A DNA stretch of 64,000 bases from Candidatus Fermentithermobacillaceae bacterium (GTDB lineage Bacteria; Bacillota; Sulfobacillia; Fermentithermobacillales; DUSS01). The stretch is taken from NCBI GenBank assembly GCA_012842495.1, contig DUSS01000009.1:98646-162645 (forward strand), in the 5' to 3' direction. This document shows, one piece after another, positions 41,081 through 50,208 of the stretch; within the stretch, counting starts at the first letter, position 1, and every line of letters starts with the position of its first letter. Made by a program: the position numbers and the translations under genes. The notes under the pieces are model-generated. The model was not told where the DNA came from. It saw nothing but the letters and a program-made list of their open reading frames with translations, and made no database searches.

Positions 41081-42232
41081 TTACCCTGAGCCAGCAGGCC
41101 GAAGTTTCTTTACGATGTCAGGCAGGATATCCAGAACGTAGTCTACTTCTTCCCCGGTGTTTTCCTCGTCCAACGTCAGCCTGAGAGAACCCTGGGCCAT
41201 CTCGTGGGGAAGGCCGAGCGCCAGGAGGACGTGAGACGGCTCAAGGGAACCAGAGGTACAAGCCGAACCGCTGGAGGCCGAAACTCCCTTTACATCCAGG
41301 TTCAACAGCAGCGACTCGCCTTCGATGAACCGGAAGCAGAAATGTGCATTCCCCGGAAGCCTCATAATCCTGTGGCCGTTCAGCTTGACATCGGGCACCC
41401 TCTCGAGAACCCCGTCGATGAGCTTATCCCTCAACGCAGCGATCCTCGCAGCTCTCTCCTCCAGCGAAGACGTAGCAAGTTCGATTGCCGCCCCAAGCCC
41501 AACTATTCCTGCAACGTTCTCGGTGCCGGCCCGTCTGTTCCGCTCCTGACCGCCTCCGTGAATGAACGGATCGAGCCGCACCCCTTTGCGCACGTACAAG
41601 GCTCCAATCCCTTTGGGACCGTGGAACTTATGAGCCGACAAAGACAGGAGATCCACCCCGAGCTTCTCCACGTCCACCGGCACATGGCCCACCGCCTGAA
41701 CCGCGTCGGTGTGAAACAGCACACCCTTTTCCCTGCAAATCCTGGCAATTTCGGCAACCGGCTCTATCGTTCCGATCTCGTTGTTGGCGAACATGATGGA
41801 CACGAGCACGGTATTTTGTTCTATGGCTCTGGATACATCACCGGGATCTACCAGCCCATCGGAATCCACCGGCAGGTATGTCACGTGGAAACCGTGCTTC
41901 TCCAGGTACTCACAGGGTTGAAGCACGGCGTGATGTTCGATTTGGCTCGTGATTATGTGATTTCCCTTTTCGCGGCGGGCAAACGCCACACCTTTGATCG
42001 CCCAGTTGTCCGCCTCTGTTCCACCAGATGTAAAATAGATTTCCTCCGGTTGGGCGCCGAGGGCTCGCGCCGTCCGCTCTCTAGCCTGCTCGACAGCCTC
42101 CCTCGCCTCCCTACCTTCCAAATACAGAGTGGAAGCATTGCCGTATTTCCCGGTCAGATATGGCATCATGGCCTCAAGGACTTCCGGTTTGAGGCTCGTC
42201 GTGGCCGCATTATCCATGTATATCCTCTTCAT
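41081..42232 (-). CDS. nifS: cysteine desulfurase (NifS/IscS family)
   Basis: [12 protein letters not shown]..., PLP-lysine [10 protein letters not shown], catalytic SSGSACTSG. Upstream ORF extension to 42310 is translated repeat sequence. Confidence 0.8.
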   Translation of the reverse strand: MKRIYMDNAATTSLKPEVLEAMMPYLTGKYGNASTLYLEGREAREAVEQARERTARALGAQPEEIYFTSGGTEADNWAIKGVAFARREKGNHIITSQIEHHAVLQPCEYLEKHGFHVTYLPVDSDGLVDPGDVSRAIEQNTVLVSIMFANNEIGTIEPVAEIARICREKGVLFHTDAVQAVGHVPVDVEKLGVDLLSLSAHKFHGPKGIGALYVRKGVRLDPFIHGGGQERNRRAGTENVAGIVGLGAAIELATSSLEERAARIAALRDKLIDGVLERVPDVKLNGHRIMRLPGNAHFCFRFIEGESLLLNLDVKGVSASSGSACTSGSLEPSHVLLALGLPHEMAQGSLRLTLDEENTGEEVDYVLDILPDIVKKLRPAGSG

Positions 42233-42250
42233 GACGTTCCCTGGTAACGG

Positions 42251-42356
42251 TTGACCGTTTCCGTCCCCGGTCAGACTGGCCCGTAGACCGGGTCCGACCT
42301 GGTTTAGCAAGCTTGACCGTTCTTAACTCCGGTCAAGCCTGCCTCTAGACCAGGTC
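42251..42356. promoter_or_regulatory. two ~44-bp direct repeat units, each containing a TTGACCG–N10–CGGTCA(A/G) inverted repeat, immediately upstream of nifS
   Basis: Unit 1 at 42251-42294 is TTGACCGTTTCCGTCCCCGGTCAG...CCGTAGACCGGGTC. Unit 2 at 42313-42356 is TTGACCGTTCTTAACTCCGGTCAA...CTCTAGACCAGGTC. Unit 1 ends 19 nt before the nifS start. Confidence 0.5.
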
Positions 42357-42621
42357 TTCGCCTCCTTTCGGAACAGTTAATTTGCCCCTAGCACAAGGGG
42401 ACGATTGGGCTTTGCGCGCCAGCTCAATTACATAGTACATCGATTCGGGTGGCTGATGTGCCCCGCGCCGTTGGGGAATGCGGCAGCTCGTAACGAGCTC
42501 GGGCAAGCTCGCATACTGCTGGTCGCAAAGCGCGCTTGATCCACCATGCGGGGACGATCCATTTCGCCGTGGTCTCTCTGCCCGGTAGAGGCACCGGTGG
42601 AGGCAAAAGTAAGTAACAGCT

Positions 42622-42912
42622 CTAACCGACCCCTTCGCGCCTACGATTACGAGTAGATAAGGCACCTACACTTTCCGTGGAAGAGGAAATCAAGCGGGTG
42701 GATTGCCGGAGAAAGCGCCAGGGAATTGGGATTTCGGGGTAGTTTTTGGCGATCTCCCAGGCGACCTGGGGAGGCACTCCTTCTTTAACAAGAGCTTTCC
42801 TGAACCGTCCCATGGCCTTCCTCCGGCCGGCGAGAGCTTTCAAATATGACGAGAGGAGGGAAACGCACAGTCCAGCTGACCGCATAATCGCGAGCAGTAC
42901 AAACTTTACCAT
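42622..42912 (-). CDS. possible small hypothetical protein (N-terminal hydrophobic helix)
   Basis: MVKFVLLAIMRSAGLCVSLLSSYLKALAGRRKAMGRFRKALVKEGVPPQVAWEIAKNYPE... is protein-like for ~65 aa, then low-complexity; weak. Confidence 0.25.
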   Translation of the reverse strand: MVKFVLLAIMRSAGLCVSLLSSYLKALAGRRKAMGRFRKALVKEGVPPQVAWEIAKNYPEIPIPWRFLRQSTRLISSSTESVGALSTRNRRREGVG

Positions 42913-42991
42913 TACGTTCCCCTCCTCCGAGGAAGGCTCGCGAAACACTGCAAATTCGCGGGTCCGCTAAACCCCGTTTCTGGCGGTCCGG

Positions 42992-43366
42992 TCAACAGCA
43001 GCCTTCTATATCCTCGCCATGCTCGTGCTTCGAGCCTCCGCGCACACCGATGGAGCTCAACGCGTTTGCGAGACTCGACATGTATGCCTTGGCCATCGCA
43101 AGCGCCTCCGTCTCGGGGATTCCGTTATTGACGAGCTCCCTGTAAAACAGGCCTACAGATTTCCCCAGCTGGGTCCCGGCCTGCTCCGAAAACAAGGTAC
43201 CCAGCAGGTCGCTGATGAGTTTTGGAACCTTCTGTCCTACTGCGTCAAGGAGTTCTGTGATTTCCTTGACCGGGATATCACTGGAATGTTCGCCCGACAC
43301 GATCGTCCCTCCTTCCATCTGCTCGAACCCTTGTCCGCCTCGGGCACCGGACAACGGAACGGTCAT
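42992..43366 (-). CDS. hypothetical small soluble protein downstream of the anti-sigma factor
   Basis: ~107-124 aa, helical, ends in ...HEHGEDIEGCC; no family recognised; co-directional and tightly spaced with the sigma/anti-sigma genes. Confidence 0.4.
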   Translation of the reverse strand: MTVPLSGARGGQGFEQMEGGTIVSGEHSSDIPVKEITELLDAVGQKVPKLISDLLGTLFSEQAGTQLGKSVGLFYRELVNNGIPETEALAMAKAYMSSLANALSSIGVRGGSKHEHGEDIEGCC

Positions 43367-43372
43367 GCTCCG

Positions 43373-43945
43373 TTACAGCGCAGCTAATCCCCCCTCCAGG
43401 ACCCTCACAAGGCGCCTTACTGACTTACGTTCCCATCGCTCCACCACGGCCCTCAGATCTACGAAAGATTCCGGTAACCGCAGCAGCCGGACGATGGGCT
43501 TGAGGATCCCTACGAAGTTCGAAGCGGCATCGATGATCTGGACGGCTGCAGACCATGCCTCGTATCGAGGAGCTCGCGGCACAACCGCTTCGCCTGTTCG
43601 AGCACCGGTCCAGGCAGCTTTTGCGAGGTTGTCTTCGCTCAAATCTTGAACCGTTTCAAACGTTGAAGATGAGCTTATACCGGGCTCCGAAGTTCCGGCG
43701 GACTCCCGTCGCTTCTGGATCTTCTGAGCGTCAAGCTTCCTCACTTCTCGCCTGACCGCCGTGCTGATCGCCAAGCACTCCTTCAGCTCGGCGACGCACG
43801 AAGGACAGGTCATAAGGTGACGAGCGACGTAAATCCGGTCCTCGTCGGGCAGGTTACCCTGGATGAACCAGGGAAGGAGCTCAGCGACTCTTATGCAATC
43901 CGGGCACTCCCTATCGTTTTTGAACTCTCCAGTCATATTCGTCAC
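43373..43945 (-). CDS. zinc-finger (zf-HC2) anti-sigma factor
   Basis: N-terminal CPDC...H...CPSC HCC-type zinc-binding motif; start overlaps the ECF sigma stop. Confidence 0.7.
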   Translation of the reverse strand: MTNMTGEFKNDRECPDCIRVAELLPWFIQGNLPDEDRIYVARHLMTCPSCVAELKECLAISTAVRREVRKLDAQKIQKRRESAGTSEPGISSSSTFETVQDLSEDNLAKAAWTGARTGEAVVPRAPRYEAWSAAVQIIDAASNFVGILKPIVRLLRLPESFVDLRAVVERWERKSVRRLVRVLEGGLAAL

Positions 43946-44634
43946 CGTCTCTTTTCTTCGTGATCTGACTGCGACCCGGCTTGCCGCTCCTCTTCCTGGA
44001 GGAACCTCGCCAGCTGCTTTCTCGCGTGGTAAACCCGGGAACGAACTGTATCTACGGGAATCCCCAGGATCGCGCCGGTTTCGACCTGGCTGAAACCCCC
44101 GTGGAAGACGAGCAGAATCGCCTCCTGATGACTGACGGACAGCCGCCGAAAAGCTTTCCAGAACGAGGACCTTTCGACGAGCTCATCTTCGAAACTGACT
44201 GCCGCTCGATTTTTCGGGTGACCGGCGGTTCCACCTAAACCCGGTAACTCTCCCTCTGCCGTGGTAACCTGCGACTGGAACCGGTCTTCGTGCCGTCTTT
44301 CAACGGCCCGGAAATGGTCCTTCACCTTGTTTCTGCAGATCCCATACAACCAGGTTCGCAAGGAAGAGTCACCCCTGAACGAATCCGTCCGTAGCCAGGC
44401 GCCGAGCATCGTTTCCTGTACGATATCCTTGGCCGCTTCCGCGTCACCTGTGACCACCCGTGCGTAACGGTATAGCTCCGCACCGTAACGGCGGTATAAC
44501 TCGTCCACATCGATGCGGATTGCGCCTTCTCTGTTACCGCGTTCTGGGAAGGTACCAGGCTCCTGGTTTTCGGGTCCCACGCCGCTCACATCTCGCTCCC
44601 GAACAGTTACGGTTATAGCTCTTCTTTCACGCAA
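43942..44634 (-). CDS. ECF (sigma-70 family, group IV) RNA polymerase sigma factor
   Basis: Region 2 (DIVQETMLGAWL) and region 4 HTH (SQVETGAILGIPVDTVRSRVYHARKQL). The true start is probably internal (~190 aa). Confidence 0.75.
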   Translation of the reverse strand: MRERRAITVTVRERDVSGVGPENQEPGTFPERGNREGAIRIDVDELYRRYGAELYRYARVVTGDAEAAKDIVQETMLGAWLRTDSFRGDSSLRTWLYGICRNKVKDHFRAVERRHEDRFQSQVTTAEGELPGLGGTAGHPKNRAAVSFEDELVERSSFWKAFRRLSVSHQEAILLVFHGGFSQVETGAILGIPVDTVRSRVYHARKQLARFLQEEERQAGSQSDHEEKRR

Positions 44635-44661
44635 ATAGTCGCTCAGGGGAACACCAACAGC

Positions 44662-45468
44662 TCAATCGGGCGAAGGATCTCGAAAATCGCGGGAAAAGTC
44701 GCGGAGCAGGTCCGAGGGCGTTATAATTCCCAGGAGATTTTCTTCGGGTTTTCCGTTGTCCGTAATGAGAACGGCGAGCACCTGTCTCTCGGTTTCGGGA
44801 GGGCCTTCTCTGAAAATCTCCTGCGCTTCGTATATGGTAGCGTTACGTGGGAGAAACCGGGCCCTGTTACCTCGTTCGTAACCGATAATCTCTTTAACCG
44901 TCGCGGAAAGGATTTCGTCGAGACCGGCACATCCTTTTCCGCACCCACCGTGGATGCGGTCCGCCATCCAGCGGGCGACCGCGCCGTCCGTTAAAAGTCC
45001 TATATACCTTGACTCCTCATACACGGGAAACTGTGAGAAACTGGTCTTTTTGATCGTTTGCAGTACCCGGTCGGCCCGGTCGCCGATGTCGAACGATATA
45101 ACCTCCCTGGAGAAACGAGGGTACACGAGCGGCGGCTTTCTCATGAGCTGCGCTATTTCCTCTATACGCCGCACTGTCTCCTCGAGAGGAACGGCGATGA
45201 GATAATCAGGACTAATCCTTTCATGTACTATGGCATTGCGCAAGTCCGCGAACTCTTCCAGGTCGTCTTTGAATCGTCTGACTACGCTATCCCGGCTCTT
45301 CAGTACATCGACCATACGGCGAAAGCTTTCCCTACTACCGGGGTCGCCCCAGCGCCGGCGAAGCTCGTGCTCGATGACGTTGTAAGCGGCAAGAAACCTC
45401 TCTCCGCGCTCACGTTCGTTCTTAACAAGGGCAATTACCGACTCGGGCTTAGTCCTCAGAGGACGCAC
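44662..45468 (-). CDS. HEPN-like (Swt1-type, Rx4H) domain fused to a CBS-domain pair
   Basis: The N-terminal ~110 aa is helical with the motif LRNAIVHER (R-x4-H). The C-terminal ~150 aa carries two CBS motifs (VISFDIGD..., LLGIITPSDLL). Confidence 0.55.
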   Translation of the reverse strand: MRPLRTKPESVIALVKNERERGERFLAAYNVIEHELRRRWGDPGSRESFRRMVDVLKSRDSVVRRFKDDLEEFADLRNAIVHERISPDYLIAVPLEETVRRIEEIAQLMRKPPLVYPRFSREVISFDIGDRADRVLQTIKKTSFSQFPVYEESRYIGLLTDGAVARWMADRIHGGCGKGCAGLDEILSATVKEIIGYERGNRARFLPRNATIYEAQEIFREGPPETERQVLAVLITDNGKPEENLLGIITPSDLLRDFSRDFRDPSPD

Positions 45469-45699
45469 CTCCCAACCTTGAGAGCCGGAATGACTGTATA
45501 GGCCGAAACCCGCAGGAGCCGGGTTGCCTCTTCGGGAGTTACCAAACGCTCCATGGAAACATACCTCCCGTAGACACTCTATCAGACCAGCTTATGTTTG
45601 GAAATAAATAACCGTAAGAAGCAACAAGTAACCGCCGGGCTTCTGTCGCATTGCCGTATTCCGGTGTTAAGATACTCATGTTAATGACCGGAGGAGGCG

Positions 45700-46143
45700 A
45701 TGACGGTGACCGTATTCAAAGGCACGCTCACCGGAAAGGTTGTCGCAGCGCGGATTCGACCGGGCAGAGATTTGCTCGACGCCCTCGAGGAACTGGTACG
45801 CGATTCGGGCTTTAGGAACGGAGTTATCGAACTCGTAGGCTCGGTGAGAAAAGCTCGTCTTTCCTGTTACGACCAGGCAAGAAAGGAGTATATCGAGTTT
45901 TCCGTGGATGAACCTCTTGAGATCGTCACGGGGCTCGGCAATGTCTCCCTCAAGGACGGCAAGCCCTTCGTCCACATCCACCTCACTCTCTCCGACGAGT
46001 CGGGCAAATGCTACGGTGGGCACCTGGTTCGCGGAACGGAAACCTTCGTGGCGGAGGTCTTCGTCAGTGAGCTGGTCATGGACCCGCCGATGAACAGGAC
46101 AAGAGACGAAGAAACCGGCCTTATGCTGTGGCTTCCCTACTGA
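45700..46143 (+). CDS. PPC/DUF296 domain protein
   Basis: 147 aa; pattern (ELVGSV...LEIVTGLGNVS...HIHLTLSDESGKCYGGHL) matches the PCC/DUF296 fold. Confidence 0.6.
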   Translation: MTVTVFKGTLTGKVVAARIRPGRDLLDALEELVRDSGFRNGVIELVGSVRKARLSCYDQARKEYIEFSVDEPLEIVTGLGNVSLKDGKPFVHIHLTLSDESGKCYGGHLVRGTETFVAEVFVSELVMDPPMNRTRDEETGLMLWLPY

Positions 46144-46200
46144 CCTTCCAGTTGACGGTGTTGAACGAAACAGGCTTAGAGAGGCGGGAGGTGAACGAGG

Positions 46201-47394
46201 TTGTTCAACATCATCATGGCTGGCTTAACCAGTCTTTTCACCGATATCTCTACCGAAATGGTCTACCCTCTTTTACCCATGTTCCTCACTACAACGCTGG
46301 GAGCAACCCCGGCCATCGTGGGAATCATCGAGGGTATTGCCGAGAGCGTCGCCAGCATTTTGAAGGTATTTTCCGGAGCCCTGTCTGACAAACTCGGAAG
46401 ACGCAAACCCCTTGCCATCGGCGGTTACTCCTTATCCGTTTTGGGAAAGATTTTGCTTTTCCTGGCCGGGTCGTGGCCCGTTGTACTCATCGGGCGCGTG
46501 GTCGACAGGTTGGGAAAGGGCATCCGCACCGCACCCCGGGACGCTCTCATAGCCGAGTCTTCGGAGGAAGGGAAGAGAGGCGCTGCCTTCGGGTTGCACC
46601 GGTTCATGGACACTTTCGGCGCCAGCGCTGGAATCATCCTCGCTTACTACTTTCTCACCGCATATAAAGGTGACTACAAGAGCGTTTTCCTCTACTCGAT
46701 CGTCCCTGCAGTGCTCGGGGTGGCATTTCTCTTCTTCGTCCAGGAAAGAGCGCAAGGTCGCTCCAGTGAGCCTTCTGCCGCGCGAACCGGTGATTTCTCG
46801 GCCGCCAGACCTCGTCGCCACGTCAATCTCCTCGATTGGTCCAAACTTGATCCGCGGCTGAAATCTTTTCTCCTGGTGGTGTTCTTGTTCACGCTCGGGA
46901 ATTCGTCGAACCAGTTTCTACTGTTAAGAGCCGGGAACCTCGGGTTTGAGCCAGCAGCGGTGATCCTCCTGTACCTCACCTACAACTTAGTCTACACCTT
47001 GGTTTCCTACCCGGCGGGCAGACTTTCTGACCGCATTGGACGACGCACCCTTCTCGTTCTGGGATACCTGGCTTACGGCATTGTGTATCTCGGATTTGCG
47101 CTGGCCACCAAAGCCTCGACGTTGTGGTATCTGTTTGCAGCTTACGGAATCTACATCGGGTTTACGGAGGGCGTGGAAAAGGCGCTGGTCGCCGACATAG
47201 CACCGCCAGATCAACGGGCAACGGTTATCGGGCTCCATGCCACCCTGGTGGGCATAGGCTTGCTTCCCGCTTCGGCGCTGGCCGGATTCCTCTGGAATAC
47301 GCTGGGTCCGCGTGCTCCTTTCTTCTTCGGAGGCGCTACCGGCGTAGCAGCTGCGCTCGGGCTCAGCTGGGTGCTGCGGGAAAACAGGCCGTAG
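46201..47394 (+). CDS. MFS transporter
   Basis: 397 aa, 12 predicted TM helices, MFS motif GALSDKLGRRKP. Confidence 0.8.
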   Translation: MFNIIMAGLTSLFTDISTEMVYPLLPMFLTTTLGATPAIVGIIEGIAESVASILKVFSGALSDKLGRRKPLAIGGYSLSVLGKILLFLAGSWPVVLIGRVVDRLGKGIRTAPRDALIAESSEEGKRGAAFGLHRFMDTFGASAGIILAYYFLTAYKGDYKSVFLYSIVPAVLGVAFLFFVQERAQGRSSEPSAARTGDFSAARPRRHVNLLDWSKLDPRLKSFLLVVFLFTLGNSSNQFLLLRAGNLGFEPAAVILLYLTYNLVYTLVSYPAGRLSDRIGRRTLLVLGYLAYGIVYLGFALATKASTLWYLFAAYGIYIGFTEGVEKALVADIAPPDQRATVIGLHATLVGIGLLPASALAGFLWNTLGPRAPFFFGGATGVAAALGLSWVLRENRP

Positions 47395-47554
47395 TCCGCG
47401 ACCTGGCGCCACAAGCAGGGCAGTGCTGAACTTGCTGCGGGCGAAATAAGCCATAACCCCACCCGTCTCACCGGGCTACGAAACGGCCCACCCTAGGCAT
47501 TCGTGGGAGCCTCTCCGCGTATGTTTCATTGACCCCGTGGGGTGACTTCCGGAC

Positions 47555-49066
47555 TTGGGCCAGCGTGCGGCGAGACACCAAACGTTTGATACTATCGGCG
47601 GGAAAAACAGGAGAACTTCCCGGAGCTTCCCGCTTCTCTTCATCGTTGTAGCAGCGCGACAGTGGAAGCCGGTTGTTTTGCTACTCGCCGCTCTATTAGT
47701 CATCCTTGCGCTGGCCGATTTAGTAGTCATTTCGATCCCCGATCCCCAAGTATCGAAGCCTCTTGATGACCCTGGGAATTCCCCACCGACGGAAGTACGC
47801 CTCGCCGAGTTCGCCCGGTCCCTGATAGAGTCCAGACATCGAGCGCTCCTGTCCGGGGACGTAACCCCGCTGGAGATTTTCTATGACCTCGATTCTACCG
47901 GCGGGATATACGCCTGGGAAAACGATCGCAGGCGGACCGCCTATCTCCAGAAGTGGGCCCAAGAAAGAGGAATAGAAATCGTCCAGGTCAGCGGGTTTGT
48001 TGAAATCGACCACATTTCCCCTGAAGAACCCGGAGGGAAGCGCTACTGGATGGAAATCACCGAGCACGTGCGATTCGAGTATCGATACTCTCGCAGTTCT
48101 CAGACGGCGGAAATGACATCCACCCTCGGACCGATGGGTAGCGGGGCAACAGAACCCGGTCTCACGATGGTCGAAAAAACCTTTAATCCAGCCGGTTCTG
48201 ACACTTCCGAACCAGGCGAAGGTAAATATGCTGGCGGAGAGTTCGGAGCCAGAGCTATTCAGGTCCTGGAGGTGGTAGCTGACGGGCAGAGCTGGAAGGT
48301 GATAACCAACTGGTACTGCGACCCACTGGGTACGTATTGGGACCCTCCGGCGTTCCCGACCCGGGCAGATGCAACTTTCCGGAACCCAAGCTGGCGCTCA
48401 GGAAAAGGCCAGCAGGCAGCCCCAGCACCAACGATAAGGTCAACTACGGGTTCTGCGAGCGATCCGTCCCATCTTTCAAGCAAACCATCTGCCTCCCTTG
48501 CGACGGGTAGCTCGTCTCCGGCCGGCTACGATCGGAAAAAAGCTGTTGAATACGCCGTTCACCATTCGGGCGTGCGATCCCTACAACAAGGCGGGCGCTA
48601 TAATCTGGAGTACAACGTTTATTCGTTTCCCGGAGGAGATTGCGCGAACTTCGCATCGCAAGTCCTGGCCGCCGGGGGCTTGCCACAGGAAGGCGGCTGG
48701 CGTTACGACCGGAGACGGGATGAAGGCAGCACTGCCTGGGTGCGCAGCGATAGTCTGGTGTGGCATCTTTTATCGTCCGGAAGAGCTGAGTGCACGTTTA
48801 AAGGTGACTTTCGCGACCTGTTTGAAAAGCGTTGGCCGGAGAAAGAGGACACCCCACTTTTCGCCTTCACCAGATCTCTCATATCCGAGGGTGACATCAT
48901 CGCCTACACAAAAGAAGGGGAAATCTGCCATGTAGCCGTCGTAGTGGGCTTCGATCCCCTCGGCTATCCTCTCATAGCTAGTCACACTTCGGACCGTTTG
49001 TTCTTCCCCTTCGACCTAGGCTGGACCGATACTACGCTGTTCTGGTTTGTTCACGTCACTTATTGA
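47555..49066 (+). CDS. membrane-anchored protein with C-terminal putative amidase domain (papain-like Cys/His fold, PF12671-like)
   Basis: N-terminal TM helix (VVLLLAALLVILALADLVVI), a central domain, and a C-terminal GGDCANFASQVLAAGG...ICHVAVVVG...ASHTSD motif arrangement typical of the 'putative amidase domain'. Confidence 0.55.
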   Translation: MGQRAARHQTFDTIGGKNRRTSRSFPLLFIVVAARQWKPVVLLLAALLVILALADLVVISIPDPQVSKPLDDPGNSPPTEVRLAEFARSLIESRHRALLSGDVTPLEIFYDLDSTGGIYAWENDRRRTAYLQKWAQERGIEIVQVSGFVEIDHISPEEPGGKRYWMEITEHVRFEYRYSRSSQTAEMTSTLGPMGSGATEPGLTMVEKTFNPAGSDTSEPGEGKYAGGEFGARAIQVLEVVADGQSWKVITNWYCDPLGTYWDPPAFPTRADATFRNPSWRSGKGQQAAPAPTIRSTTGSASDPSHLSSKPSASLATGSSSPAGYDRKKAVEYAVHHSGVRSLQQGGRYNLEYNVYSFPGGDCANFASQVLAAGGLPQEGGWRYDRRRDEGSTAWVRSDSLVWHLLSSGRAECTFKGDFRDLFEKRWPEKEDTPLFAFTRSLISEGDIIAYTKEGEICHVAVVVGFDPLGYPLIASHTSDRLFFPFDLGWTDTTLFWFVHVTY

Positions 49067-49292
49067 TTTCGGTTATTGATACAACCGGCTCAGAACCGGC
49101 CTGACGGTTGCGCGTATCCCCTCTTTGCCGGAGGCTCGTCGGTATACGGTGGCTCGCTAAGGAGGGACCCAGCCGGCGTATGCGGTGATCTGACCGGGGA
49201 TTTCCGAGGTTTGCATATGCTATGATGGTCTCGCCCGGTCTGCCGGGGAGAAACCTCGGGGATTTGGAGGAAAACTGCGGGAGGTAGAAAAG

Positions 49293-50102
49293 GTGAAGGT
49301 ATTCATCTCCGTAGACATGGAAGGCATTTCGGGAGTGGTCAACTGGAAGCAAACGGAGTATGGAAAAGAAGATTACGAACGGTTCCGAAAGCTTATGACT
49401 CAGGAAGCCAACGCCGCAATTGAGGGAGCGTTCACCGCGGGCGCCCGCGAGATACTGGTGAACGACTCCCACGGGAGTATGCGTAACCTTATCATCGAAG
49501 ACCTCAATCCCGAGGTCCGCCTGATCACGGGGTCCACGAAGTTCATGTCGATGATGGAAGGGATCGGTCCCGATTTCAACGCAGCTATCTTTATTGGCTA
49601 TCACTCACGGGCATCTTCCTTAGGTGTGCTAAATCATACTTATTCCGGAAGAGTCACCCACTACCGGGTGAACGGAAAGATAATGGGCGAGACCGGTATG
49701 AACGCGCTCGTAGCCGGATACTATCACGTCCCTGTCGTAGTCGTTACCGGCGACTCCGAGGTCACCAGGGAAGCCAAGGAGCTCCTCCCCACCGTGGAGA
49801 CGGTCACCGTAAAAGAGCCCCGCAGCCAGTTTTCGGCCTTGTGTCTGCATCCCAAGAAAGCACAGGCGCTCATCAAGGAAGCCGTCACGAAGGCCTTGTC
49901 CAATCTGGGGAACTATAGGCCGCTGGAACCGCCCGCACCGGCCACCGTTCAGGTCGAGTTCCATACATCGGGCGAGGCCGATGCGGCTTCTCTGATGCCG
50001 GGAGCCAGGCGCATCGATCCGGTGACTATGGAGTTCACGGGAAAGGATTATCTCGAAGCTTACCGGGGCGCGAGAACCATGATCAGTCTCGCATACAGCT
50101 AA
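49293..50102 (+). CDS. dppA: M55-family D-aminopeptidase DppA
   Basis: MKVFISVDMEGISGV... and the full-length M55 pattern. Confidence 0.85.
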   Translation: MKVFISVDMEGISGVVNWKQTEYGKEDYERFRKLMTQEANAAIEGAFTAGAREILVNDSHGSMRNLIIEDLNPEVRLITGSTKFMSMMEGIGPDFNAAIFIGYHSRASSLGVLNHTYSGRVTHYRVNGKIMGETGMNALVAGYYHVPVVVVTGDSEVTREAKELLPTVETVTVKEPRSQFSALCLHPKKAQALIKEAVTKALSNLGNYRPLEPPAPATVQVEFHTSGEADAASLMPGARRIDPVTMEFTGKDYLEAYRGARTMISLAYS

Positions 50103-50208
50103 ACGCCGGTACGACATCCATGGCCTTTCTAGCTTTTGGCAAGACGTAGTTGCTGCTGGCGGGCCTGGCGGGTAACCGGCGGTCCGCACCACTAAGGAGG
50201 CATGTTGT

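Noticed and set aside
42345-42665. 106-aa ORF on the minus strand upstream of nifS (considered as Rrf2/IscR-type regulator)
   Set aside because: Translation is Cys/Arg/Pro-rich, without HTH or any protein-like periodicity. The region is more likely non-coding leader/regulatory DNA.
49067-49292. Structured-looking leader upstream of dppA with GGGGATTT direct repeats and CCGAGG/CCTCGG inverted repeats (considered as glycine or other riboswitch)
   Set aside because: No match to any riboswitch consensus I can recall. Likely an ordinary promoter/leader with fortuitous GC-rich stems.
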